Shown: positions 50,439-59,754 of the stretch, piece after piece
Layout: every line of letters starts with the position of its first letter
Position numbering within the stretch: the stretch's first letter is position 1
Source of the DNA: Candidatus Latescibacterota bacterium
GTDB taxonomy: Bacteria > Latescibacterota > UBA2968
Length of the DNA stretch: 64,000 nucleotides
Assembly (NCBI GenBank): GCA_965198115.1
Contig: OZ240241.1
Span: 5,216,001-5,280,000, forward strand
Direction: 5' to 3'
The notes under the pieces: model-generated
What the model was told of the DNA's origin: nothing
Databases searched by the model: none
The model's input: the letters and a program-made list of their open reading frames with translations, nothing else
Translations under genes and position numbers: made by a program

Positions 50439-51964
50439 ATGACCGACACCCCCGGCCTCGTCACCATCGACTACATCATCATCGCCTGCTACCTCGCGAT
50501 GACCATCGGCGTGGGCTGGTATCACGGGCGCCGACAGAAGAACACACGCGAGTACTTCATCGGCAACGGAAATATGAACACCGGTCTCATCGGTGTTTCG
50601 TTGTTCGCCACGCTCCTCAGCACCATCTCCTACCTCGCCCTGCCGGGTGAAACGATCGGCAAGGGTCCCTACATCCTCGCTTCGTCGATCGCCAAACCGA
50701 TCAGCTTCCTGATCGTCGGCTACATCCTCATCCCGGCCTATATGCGACAGCGCGTGACGAGCGCCTACGAACTGCTCGAGGAACGCCTCGGTCTGCGGAA
50801 CCGGCTCCTCGGCGCCGGGCTCTTCATCGGTCTCCGCCTCATCTGGATGACCCTCCTGATGTTTCTCGCCGCGCGAGCCCTCACGGTGATGATGGGGATC
50901 GACGAAAGCTGGATCCCCACGATCGTCCTCATCGCAGGACTCGTCGCAGTCGTCTACACATCGATGGGCGGTCTCACCACCGTCGTCACGACCGATTTCA
51001 TCCAGTTCCTCCTGCTGTTCGGCGGTGCATTGCTCGTCATCGCCCACGTCACCTGGCGTACCGGCGGATTCGGCTGGATTCCGACGGAGTGGGCCCCTCA
51101 CTGGGATACGCAACCCGTCTTCAGCCTGGACCCGTCCGTCAGGCTGACCCTGTTCGGCACGATTCTGTCATCAGGATGTTGGGGCGTCGCAACGGCGGGC
51201 GGTGACCAGACCGCCATCCAGCGATTTATGGCCACACGGGACGCAAAGAGCGCTCGGTTCGCCTACGGCGCCAACCTCATCGTATCCATCGCCGTCGTGA
51301 CCGTCCTGTCGATCGTCGGGTTCGCCCTGATGAGCTACTACCAGACCCACAGCCAGTTGCTCCCGTCCGGATGGGATCTTGCCTATCGAGCCGACGACAT
51401 CTTCCCCTACCACATTTCCTACCAGCTCCCTCCCGTGATCTCCGGTCTGGTCGTTGCGGCAATGTTCGCAGCCGCGATGTCCAGCGTGGATTCGGGTGTC
51501 AACTCGATCACTGCCGTCGTGATGACCGATCTCGTCGGTCGTTTGCGGGGGACGGCCCTGGCGGAAGGCACACGCCTGCGGCTGTCGAAAGGACTGGCGT
51601 TCGGCATCGGCGCGTTCGTTGTTATCGGGAGCAGCTTCATCGGCCTCGTGCCCGGCAACATCATCGCGATGACACAGAAGACGAGCAACCTGGTCGTCAC
51701 GCCACTCTTCTCACTCTTCGTCTTCGCGCTCTTTGTCCCGTTCGCCACCCCCTGGGGCGCCACGATCGGGGTCCTGTGCGGTGTCGTCAGCGCCACCCTC
51801 ATCGCCTTCTCGGGCCCGATCTTCGTTCCCACGTTAACCCGTCTCGCGATTACGATCCCGTCAGCTTCCAATGGATCGCACCGGTGGGGATGCTTGTCAG
51901 TATTGGCATGGGGTGTTTGGCGAGTTGGGTGAATGGTTTCTATACCACCGCTCATCCTGAGTAG
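50439..51964 (+). CDS. Sodium:solute symporter (SSS) family, -1 frameshift near 51830
   Basis: EYFIG, SLFATLLS, SAYELLEER, YTSMGG, TDFIQ, DQTAIQR, AAMSSVDS; last TM helix (SFQWIAPVG) continues in shifted frame to 51964. Confidence 0.9.
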
Positions 51965-52172
51965 GGGTATCGAGAATGACTCAAACACATCCTCTATAGA
52001 GTCTCCTGCGATCCCCGTATCGAAGGACGAGCGGTGACTTGGGCAATCGTCACCGCCCATCCTTCGATATGCGAATCTGTAGGGCGAGCTACTGTGACGA
52101 CCCAACGAGATCTACGATGTCGCTACTCAGGATGAGCGGTGGGCATTCCTTCTCTCAGAAAGCGTGAGCCGA

Positions 52173-52886
52173 ATGTCATCAATAACTGTCCTCTTCAAAG
52201 GCGGCCGACTCCCCTCCTGGCACGCGCTCTCTCGCGAGGAGCAGAAGGCGGCCGAGCAGGAGCACGTCGATCTGATGTTGGGTGTCGCTCACGACCATCG
52301 TATGATGCTTCTTGAGGGATTCCGATTGCTGAGCCCGCAGGATGTCTTCCAGCGTTTCTGGGTCATCGGATTTCCGACGCTCGAAGGCGCGGAGACCTGG
52401 ATCACAGCGGAGATGGCGCCGCCCTACGGACGCTACGGGTATTACGATTACGATCTGGCGCGTCCCATCAATCCGCCTTACTGCGGCGATTGGGTCGCGA
52501 CACCGCCGCCTCCCGTCGAACCACTGAGCGCCGAACCACACGCCGTTCCATCACTCGCCGTGGACGAATCGAGTGTGGTCGTCTTGAACTTCGAGCGCAA
52601 CGACCCCGGTATCGACCTCGAGGCATCCGCAAGCGATCCGTATGTCGACGCAATGAAATCCGTTGCGCGCGATCACGGCCTGATCCGTCTCGAGTGTTTC
52701 GCACTGATGGCGCCCAAAACCGATTGTCACCGCGTCTGGCTCGCCGAGTTTCCGACGGTCGAAGGCGCTGAAGCGTGGGTACAAGCAGAAATTTCACCCA
52801 CCCACGGACGCAGAGCCGAGCGCGCATTTCACCTCGCACGCAAATGGGCGCCACAGTACTTTGCCTCTTGGATCCCGAAAACCTAA
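52173..52886 (+). CDS. Hypothetical protein with internal duplication, probable dimeric alpha/beta barrel
   Basis: FPTLEGAETWITAE and FPTVEGAEAWVQAE repeats. Confidence 0.7.
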   Translation: MSSITVLFKGGRLPSWHALSREEQKAAEQEHVDLMLGVAHDHRMMLLEGFRLLSPQDVFQRFWVIGFPTLEGAETWITAEMAPPYGRYGYYDYDLARPINPPYCGDWVATPPPPVEPLSAEPHAVPSLAVDESSVVVLNFERNDPGIDLEASASDPYVDAMKSVARDHGLIRLECFALMAPKTDCHRVWLAEFPTVEGAEAWVQAEISPTHGRRAERAFHLARKWAPQYFASWIPKT

Positions 52887-53082
52887 ATGCGCCAGTGAGT
52901 ACACTGAGCACACAGAGCCTTTGGACGGTAGGCGGAGACAACGAGAAGAGGTCAGCAGGAGCCCCAAGTCAACATCTCTGAGACAGCGAAAATCACGCCT
53001 GCTCTCCTGCCCTCCGCAGGAGGGCTTCGCCTCCTCATAACTTTACGAGTGCCCTGGAGTCCTTGAACTAAAGGAGTCAGCA

Positions 53083-54192
53083 ATGAAAATCACAGGTCTG
53101 GAGCTAGTTCCTGTCTTCTCGACCCGCGAGATGGGTAAAACGTGTCCGTCCGATTCGGACAAAGCCGTTTCCGAGCACGTCATCGTCTTCCTGCAAACAG
53201 ACGCGGGGATCACGGGACTGGGCGAAATGTCCGACATCAACTTCGACCCCACACCCGATCTGTTGAAGGAGCTCCACAGCCGATTGGAAGCCGTGCTCGT
53301 CGGGAAAAGCCCCTTCGATCTGACGGCGATCCAGGTCGAACTCTACGAGCAGACGTGGGAACATCAGGTCACGTGCGGAATCGACATCGCCCTCCACGAC
53401 GCCGTGGCGAAGGCGCTGGACATTCCGATGTATCAGCTCTTCGGTGGGAAGTATCGCGATCGGATCCCCTTCGCCTATCCCCTCGCACCCAGTGCATCCG
53501 ACGCCGATGTCGAATCCAACCTCGGACGCATCGAGCGATTGCAGGATCAAGGCCACCCCACGATCCGCTATTACTTCGGACGTGACCTCGACAGCGACGA
53601 GCGATTCTTGACTCAGCTTCGCGAGCGATGGGGCGACGCCGTCGAGATTAACGCCCTCGACGCGAGCGGACGATTCGATCCTGACGAGGCGATCGACATC
53701 ATCAATCGATTCGCCCAGTTCAAACCGAACCTTGTCGAGTCCCCCATCAAGGGTCGTCACAACGCCCCAATCGAAGACTTCGTCAGGGTCAGAGAAGCGA
53801 TCGACCTCCCCATCAGCGAACACGTCGCGGAAGACGAAGTCGCAGCCAGACTCGCCCGAGGTGGCGCCGTCGACATCTTCAACACCGGTCCCGGTTACAT
53901 CGGTCTGACATCGTGCCGCAAAGTCTTCGGACTCGCCGAAATCTTCGGAATCCAGGCTTTGCTCGGCAGCACCGTCGAGCTCTCCATCGGCACCGCCGCC
54001 CGCGTCCACCTCGTCGCCGCCACCCCCAACGTCGACTACCCGTGCTATCCCTCCGGACCGCTCGTCTACCAGGAACAGATCTGCCACGAGCGCGTGAAGT
54101 ACGAGGAAGGCCACATCATCGTCCCCGACGGTCCTGGCCTCGGCGTAGAAATCGATGAGGAACGCCTGAAGGCACAGACGCTCTACAGCTGA
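53083..54192 (+). CDS. Enolase-superfamily dehydratase, GalrD-II-like paralog
   Basis: GLGEMSD, IRYY, LDAS, VES, SEH, GSTVELSIG, GPGLG. Confidence 0.85.
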   Translation: MKITGLELVPVFSTREMGKTCPSDSDKAVSEHVIVFLQTDAGITGLGEMSDINFDPTPDLLKELHSRLEAVLVGKSPFDLTAIQVELYEQTWEHQVTCGIDIALHDAVAKALDIPMYQLFGGKYRDRIPFAYPLAPSASDADVESNLGRIERLQDQGHPTIRYYFGRDLDSDERFLTQLRERWGDAVEINALDASGRFDPDEAIDIINRFAQFKPNLVESPIKGRHNAPIEDFVRVREAIDLPISEHVAEDEVAARLARGGAVDIFNTGPGYIGLTSCRKVFGLAEIFGIQALLGSTVELSIGTAARVHLVAATPNVDYPCYPSGPLVYQEQICHERVKYEEGHIIVPDGPGLGVEIDEERLKAQTLYS

Positions 54193-54299
54193 TTTCAACG
54201 CAAAGGACGCAGAGAGTAGGAACGCAGAACGCGGAAGAGACAGCCAAAACCCCAACAGAGATGCAGGAGCGGTAGATCAGGTATTTCGAGCGAAGGCAA

Positions 54300-54418
54300 T
54301 GTCATCCCGGCAGGCTTCAGGCCGGGATCCATCTTGATCTTCACCAGATCTAGCGCCTTCTGTTCATAGCTACAATGACGAAAATGGACCCCGGCCAAGA
54401 GGCGTACCGGGGTGACAA
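54300..54418. repeat. Family C paired hairpin element
   Basis: tgtcatcccggcag...ccgggatcc ... atggaccccggccaag..gcgtaccggggtgaca; copies at 55420-55529 and inverted at 63614. Confidence 0.85.
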
Positions 54419-54451
54419 TGTTCTGCTCGCTGACAACTGACAATCGGTTTC

Positions 54452-55282
54452 ATGATCATTGACGGCCACACCCACGTCTTCCTCCAGGACACCGATCGTT
54501 ACCCCCTCGGTGATCCCGACTCGTCTTACCGTCCCGCAACGGATGGCTCTGCCACAAAACTCAAGTCCGAAATGGACGCCGCGGGCGTTGATCGCGCACT
54601 GACAATCACTGCCGGCTTCTACGGATGGGACAACAGTTCCACGCTCGACGAGCTCGATGGTAACGAATCCTGGCTCGCAGGCGGTTGCCTTGTCGACCCC
54701 GCCAGTCCCGACGGCCCCGACACACTGGCCGGTCTCGTCGACAAGGGCATCTCCGGCATCCGCATCCAGCGCCACCTCTTCTATCAAAGGGCCCTGGATG
54801 ATCCCATCAGCACACCCCTCTGGGCAAAAGCGGCCGACTTCGACCTCACCGTAGACATCAACGCCACACACGAAGAATACGGCGCCGTCGAAAACCGCCT
54901 CCGCGAATTTCCCGACACCCGCTTCATCCTCGATCACTGCGGATATGTGTCCGGCGACCTCGCGCCTGAGGAAAACACCGTCGCCCCCGTCATCGAACTT
55001 GCGCGCTACCCGAACACTTACGCGAAGCTCACTTTCCTCCCCACGGCCTCCCAGGAGGACTTCCCCTTCCCCGACGTCCACTGGATGGTACGTGAACTCG
55101 TCGACGCCTTCGGCCCGGAGCGATGTCTATTCGGCACGAACTTTCCCCAGGCCCAATACAGCCCGCACGTATCCTACGCCCAGATCGTCGAACTCTTCGC
55201 CGAATCCATCGACTTGAGCCCAACTGAGCGCGAGTGGATATTGGGAGGAACGGCAAAAGAGTTGTGGCAGTGGGCTGAGTGA
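54452..55282 (+). CDS. Amidohydrolase_2 family (lactonase-like)
   Basis: DGHTH, GIRI, LDHCG, YAKL, FGPERCLFGTNFP. Confidence 0.88.
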   Translation: MIIDGHTHVFLQDTDRYPLGDPDSSYRPATDGSATKLKSEMDAAGVDRALTITAGFYGWDNSSTLDELDGNESWLAGGCLVDPASPDGPDTLAGLVDKGISGIRIQRHLFYQRALDDPISTPLWAKAADFDLTVDINATHEEYGAVENRLREFPDTRFILDHCGYVSGDLAPEENTVAPVIELARYPNTYAKLTFLPTASQEDFPFPDVHWMVRELVDAFGPERCLFGTNFPQAQYSPHVSYAQIVELFAESIDLSPTEREWILGGTAKELWQWAE

Positions 55283-55419
55283 ACACGGTCCGTGCGGATG
55301 CGGCGATCTGTTGGAAGTACCGAAACGACAATGGACGGTCACCCTGAGCGCAGTCGAAGGACGACCGCCCGGCGTAGCACGGAGAGGACGTGGCAATACT
55401 TTCCGCGAGCGAAGCTGAA

Positions 55420-55529
55420 TGTCATCCCGGCAAGTTTCAGGCCGGGATCCTATCCTCGCGAATGCCGTCGCCCGAGGAGCGTGCAAAGTGAAAAAATGGA
55501 CCCCGGCCAAGCAGCGTACCGGGGTGACA
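55420..55529. repeat. Family C paired hairpin element
   Basis: Same ends as 54300-54418. Confidence 0.85.
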
Positions 55530-55563
55530 ATAATTTCGGTAGATTCCTATAAGCGCATTGCAT

Positions 55564-55614
55564 CAGCCCGCTTCAGCGGGCTTCGCTTCCTTAGCGTGGG
55601 GCTTCAGCCCCACG
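55564..55614. repeat. REP-like hairpin pair
   Basis: agcccgcttcagcgggct and cgtggggcttcagccccacg. Confidence 0.6.
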
Positions 55615-55663
55615 TGCTCTCCAAACGCAATCATTGTTTCACCCTAAAACGGGAGCAACACCA

Positions 55664-56533
55664 ATGTTCACATCCGTAGACGTCGCCGCCATCTCCTTCA
55701 CCCCCGAAAAGTTCAACCTCGAAGCCAACTGTGATCGCCTCGAAGACACCTTCCGCAAGGCGGCGAAGGGCGGGGCTCAACTCGCCGTCGCGCCCGAAGG
55801 CGTGCTCGAAGGCTACGTTGTCACCGAGATCATCACCGGCGACGCGCCCGCCGCCCAAATGAACGAGGTCGCCGTCACGATGAAGGGTCCCGAAATTGGA
55901 CGATTCCGTGCCGTTGCGCGTGAACTGAAAATGTGCCTCGCCCTCGGCTGTGCCGAAAAAATCGGTCGCAACGTCTACAACTGTGCCGTCTTCATCGACG
56001 CGACCGGTCGCATCTGTGGCAAGTATCACAAGATGCAATTGGCCGAGGGCAGTCACGCCACCTGGTGGTACAACCGTCTCGGCAAGAACAGCCGCGCCAT
56101 CAACACCCCCTTCGGCCGCGCCGGCTTCCTCATCTGCAACGACCGTTGGAATGAAGATATCGCTCGCATCCCCGTCCTCGACGGCGCCCGCTACCTGATG
56201 ATCCCCTCCTTCGGCTCGCGATCGAAGAGCCAGGACAAAGCCGTCCTCGCCCGCGCCAGAGAAAACGGTGTCCCCATCGTCGAAGCCAACGTCGGCGTCA
56301 CCCTCATCATCAGCCGAGGCGAAGTCGTCGCCCTCTCTCGCAAAGAAAACCAGATCCTCTTCGGCACCATCGGCATCCCCGCCGCCCCATCCATCGCCAA
56401 TCGCGACCGCCACGAGCGCAGCTTCCTCCGCTGGCGGAAAACCGAAATGCCCATCCGCTACGCGCAGCGGATGAAACACAAAGGCAAGCGGAAAGCCGTC
56501 CGCCACAACTCCAAGGGCCGGCTCGTAGGTTAA
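55664..56533 (+). CDS. Carbon-nitrogen hydrolase (nitrilase superfamily)
   Basis: APEG, YNCA, YHKM, LICNDR (Glu-Lys-Cys triad). Confidence 0.9.
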   Translation: MFTSVDVAAISFTPEKFNLEANCDRLEDTFRKAAKGGAQLAVAPEGVLEGYVVTEIITGDAPAAQMNEVAVTMKGPEIGRFRAVARELKMCLALGCAEKIGRNVYNCAVFIDATGRICGKYHKMQLAEGSHATWWYNRLGKNSRAINTPFGRAGFLICNDRWNEDIARIPVLDGARYLMIPSFGSRSKSQDKAVLARARENGVPIVEANVGVTLIISRGEVVALSRKENQILFGTIGIPAAPSIANRDRHERSFLRWRKTEMPIRYAQRMKHKGKRKAVRHNSKGRLVG

Positions 56534-56539
56534 AAACCT

Positions 56540-56823
56540 ACCACGGAGAGCACGGAGAACACGGAGACTATGGTAGAACCCCGGTAACCCCAGCCCCTAT
56601 CGGGTAGAAAGCGCGGAGGAGCTTCGAAGCTTGCTGAAACACGCTACGCGGGCTCCTAAAAGTGGCCCCGAGGCCACTATGTTCCATTTCGAAACTTTTC
56701 GCTCAGCCCTGGTCCGAGTGCTCTCTATCTGAGCTCCGGAGTCCACCCAAATTAGTCCCCGAATAGGGCTGCTGCTAGTTTCGTAGCTCCTCCCCCCTCC
56801 GTGATCTCCGCGTCCTCCGTGGT
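56540..56823. repeat. Inverted nonamer-repeat arms enclosing a ~230-bp insert
   Basis: accacggagagcacggagaacacggag ... ctccgtgatctccgcgtcctccgtggt. Confidence 0.7.
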
Positions 56824-56903
56824 AAGCTTTTGGTTTGGTTTTCGTTCGTGTATTTCGTGTATTTCGTAGTCATCTTCTGTTTTACGTGTGAGGAGATTAC
56901 CCC

Positions 56904-57986
56904 GTGGGCTTCGATTTCATCTTTATGATGACCGAAAACGATCGGACGATCCCCAACGCCCGCGATCGTCTGGGCGAAGTGCTCGATGGCGGGTGCCGCC
57001 ACATCGGTTTCAAGGATGTGGGCCTTCCGGTCGACGAACTCCAGGGGCTGGCCGACGACATCCGCGCCTCCGGAGCGCGCAGCTACATCGAAGTGGTCAG
57101 CCTCGACGAAGAAAGCGAGCTCGCCTCCGCCCGATCGGCCGTCGAGCTCAACGTCGACTGCCTCCTCGGGGGCACGCGAGCCGAAAACGTCATCCCCCTA
57201 CTCACATCGTCACCCATCCTCTACTACCCCTTTCCCGGACGCATCACGGGTCATCCCAGCGTGCTCGAAGGCACGGTCGACGAAATCTCCGAATCCGCGC
57301 GCACCCTCACCGAAACACCCGGTGTCCACGGGCTCGACCTCCTCGCCTACCGGTTCGACGGCGACGTTCCCGATTTGATGCGTTCCGTCTGCGGAGCATC
57401 ACGAGGACCCGTCGTAATGGCCGGCAGCATCGATCGCGAAGAACGCGTCAACGCCATCGCCGAAGCCGGCGCAGCGGGATTCACCGTCGGAACCGCCGCC
57501 TTCTCCGACAAATTCCCAGCCGACACGCCCGGCGTCACCGATCAGGTACGATCGATCCTCACGATGGCCGAGCACGCCCGGATGGCGCATCCCGGCAAAC
57601 AACACATCGCCCTCGTCGCCCACGACGGTCGGAAATCTCAGCTCACCGCGTGGGTCGGCCGTCACCTCAACAAACTCATCGGTCACAAGCTCTTCTGCAC
57701 CTGGGGCACCGGCACCCTGCTGAAAGAACAATTCCCCGAGCTCGACATCGAACGCGTGCAGTCCGGCGCGCGCGGGGGTGACCAGCAGATCGCCGCCCGC
57801 ATCGCCGACCACACGATCGACATCGTCATCTTCTTCTCCGACCCGATGACCGAAAAGATTCACGACGCCGACTTCATCGCCCTCACCCGTCTCGCCGTCG
57901 TCCACGACACCCCCATCGCCTGCAGCCCAGCCGCCGCCGATCTTTTCGTATCCGCACGCCTCGTCACCACCCGTGCCCAAACGTAA
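56904..57986 (+). CDS. mgsA: Fusion: uncharacterised phosphate-binding-type TIM barrel plus methylglyoxal synthase domain
   Basis: C-terminal HIALVAHD..K, SG..GGDQQI, IFFSDP, HDAD, RLA; N-terminal FIFMMT, IGFKDVG, EVVS, AGSI, FTVGTA; symbol applies to the C-terminal domain only. Confidence 0.8.
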   Translation: MGFDFIFMMTENDRTIPNARDRLGEVLDGGCRHIGFKDVGLPVDELQGLADDIRASGARSYIEVVSLDEESELASARSAVELNVDCLLGGTRAENVIPLLTSSPILYYPFPGRITGHPSVLEGTVDEISESARTLTETPGVHGLDLLAYRFDGDVPDLMRSVCGASRGPVVMAGSIDREERVNAIAEAGAAGFTVGTAAFSDKFPADTPGVTDQVRSILTMAEHARMAHPGKQHIALVAHDGRKSQLTAWVGRHLNKLIGHKLFCTWGTGTLLKEQFPELDIERVQSGARGGDQQIAARIADHTIDIVIFFSDPMTEKIHDADFIALTRLAVVHDTPIACSPAAADLFVSARLVTTRAQT

Positions 57987-58066
57987 ACCGCCCGCCTCGC
58001 CGTAGCGCTCGCGCGTAGGCGTGACTTCTACCTCTTCAGTGCGGCGGAGCCACATCAGGAGACCCA

Positions 58067-59467
58067 ATGGCAGAACCTCAGACCGATTCCAACGACGAAG
58101 AACTCGAAGACCTATACGCCCTCAACCCGGAGGCCGTTCAGGAACCACCGACCGACTTCATCGGGAGAGTCAAATTCCTTGGTCCCGGGCTCGTTCTCGT
58201 GGGATCCGTCGTCGGATCCGGTGAGATTATCCTCACCACAACGTTGGGATCGCTCGTCGGATTCTCGATGCTGTGGTTCGTCCTACTCAGCTGCTGGAGC
58301 AAAAACATCGTCCAGGCCGAACTGGGCCGGTTCGTGGTTGGTTCCGGCGAGCCGCTGCTGAACGCGTTCAACCGCCTGCCGGGAAAGCTGCCCGCTTTCA
58401 ACGGCAAGAAGGTCTCCTGGTACATCTACTTCTGGCTGATCTGGATCATTCCCGACATCCTTACAAGCGGCGGCATTTACGGCGGCGCCGGACAGGCAGT
58501 GAGCATGGCATTTCCCGTCCTCGGCTCCCAATGGTGGACCGTCATCCTGGCTGGCGTTGCCTGCGTCATCATCCTCTCGGGCACATACCCGTTCCTCGAA
58601 AAGTTCATGACGGTCCTGGTCGTCACGTTCACGTTCATCACCGTCCTTTGCGCCATCCTGCTGCAAATGACGGACTACGCGATCACGTGGGACGAGGTAA
58701 TGGGCGGACTGACTTTCAGCTTCCCGTCGATGGCCATCCTCGCCGCGCTCGCGATGTACGGCGGGACGGGCGTCGGCACATCCGAACAGATGGCCTATAC
58801 CTACTGGTGCGTCGAAAAGGGATACGCCCGCTTTTCTGGAGCGGCCGATGACTCGGAGGATTGGGTCCGTCGGGCAAAGGGCTGGATCGCGGTGATGCAG
58901 ACCGACGTCAAGCTCACGCTGCTCCTGCTCACCTGCGCGACCATCCCGTTCTATATGCTGGGGGCGGGTGTCCTATACAGACTTAATGCCCGGCCGAACG
59001 GTCTGGAGACGATCTCCGTCCTGTCCAACATGTACACAGAGACCCTCGGTGAATGGGCCTTCTGGCTGTTCCTCGTCGGCGCCTTCTTCGTCCTCTTCTC
59101 CACCTCCGTCTCCGGTCTCGGCGCAGCTTCTCGCGTGTTTGGCGACGGGATGGCCGTCATGGGCGTCACCGAGCGCAACGACTACCGCACGCGTCTCAAG
59201 CTTCTGCGCTACTGGGCCGTCATCGTCCCTGCCATCACGGCTGCGGTTTACTTCTACTTCCAGAATCCCGTCTGGCTGCTCACCGTCGGCCAGGTCCTCA
59301 AAGCCATCAAATTCCCCCTCATCGCCGGCGCCACGATCTACCTCAGGTATTACCACCTGGACAAACGAATCGCCCCCACCTGGAAAGCCGACACGCTCCT
59401 CTGGGTCTGCTCCGCCACGATGGTCGGCCTGGCCGCATACATTATGTATGTCAAGTTTTTGAGCTAA
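58067..59467 (+). CDS. Nramp-like (APC superfamily) transporter
   Basis: LGPGLV...VGSGE, LW, ELGRF; ~11 TM segments; lacks canonical DPGN. Confidence 0.75.
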   Translation: MAEPQTDSNDEELEDLYALNPEAVQEPPTDFIGRVKFLGPGLVLVGSVVGSGEIILTTTLGSLVGFSMLWFVLLSCWSKNIVQAELGRFVVGSGEPLLNAFNRLPGKLPAFNGKKVSWYIYFWLIWIIPDILTSGGIYGGAGQAVSMAFPVLGSQWWTVILAGVACVIILSGTYPFLEKFMTVLVVTFTFITVLCAILLQMTDYAITWDEVMGGLTFSFPSMAILAALAMYGGTGVGTSEQMAYTYWCVEKGYARFSGAADDSEDWVRRAKGWIAVMQTDVKLTLLLLTCATIPFYMLGAGVLYRLNARPNGLETISVLSNMYTETLGEWAFWLFLVGAFFVLFSTSVSGLGAASRVFGDGMAVMGVTERNDYRTRLKLLRYWAVIVPAITAAVYFYFQNPVWLLTVGQVLKAIKFPLIAGATIYLRYYHLDKRIAPTWKADTLLWVCSATMVGLAAYIMYVKFLS

Positions 59468-59754
59468 CTCGTGAACGCAGTGCCGGAAGGTTTCGCCCGC
59501 CATAGCGTAGACGCAGGTCTTAGCCTGCGCGCCAACCGTAGGTCTTTGGCCTGCGAACAATGGCCGGGTGCCATCCCTGCAACAAAGAGCCCCCGCCCTC
59601 TCTTTATGGACGGGGTTTTCAGTTTTAGTAAACGCCAAGATCAGCCACGCTTGCAGGAGTGTTCTCGCTTTCCCTATCTTCGTTGCAATGCGCAGCCCCA
59701 ATCGGCATCGCTACGCCGATGCCACAATCAATTCCATAACTTCCCAATTTCCTA

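Noticed and set aside
2208-54255. Long antisense ORFs (for example 2208-3470, 5395-6657, 17542-18693, 20872-22098, 49150-50286, 53104-54255)
   Set aside because: Shadows of real + strand genes in GC-rich DNA; no motifs.
58067-59467. MntH manganese transporter call
   Set aside because: DPGN and MPH metal-binding motifs are absent; kept only as Nramp-like.
59580-59625. IS200/IS605-like end hairpin (gagcccccgccc...ggacggggt)
   Set aside because: Imperfect and single, with no tnpA or tnpB nearby.
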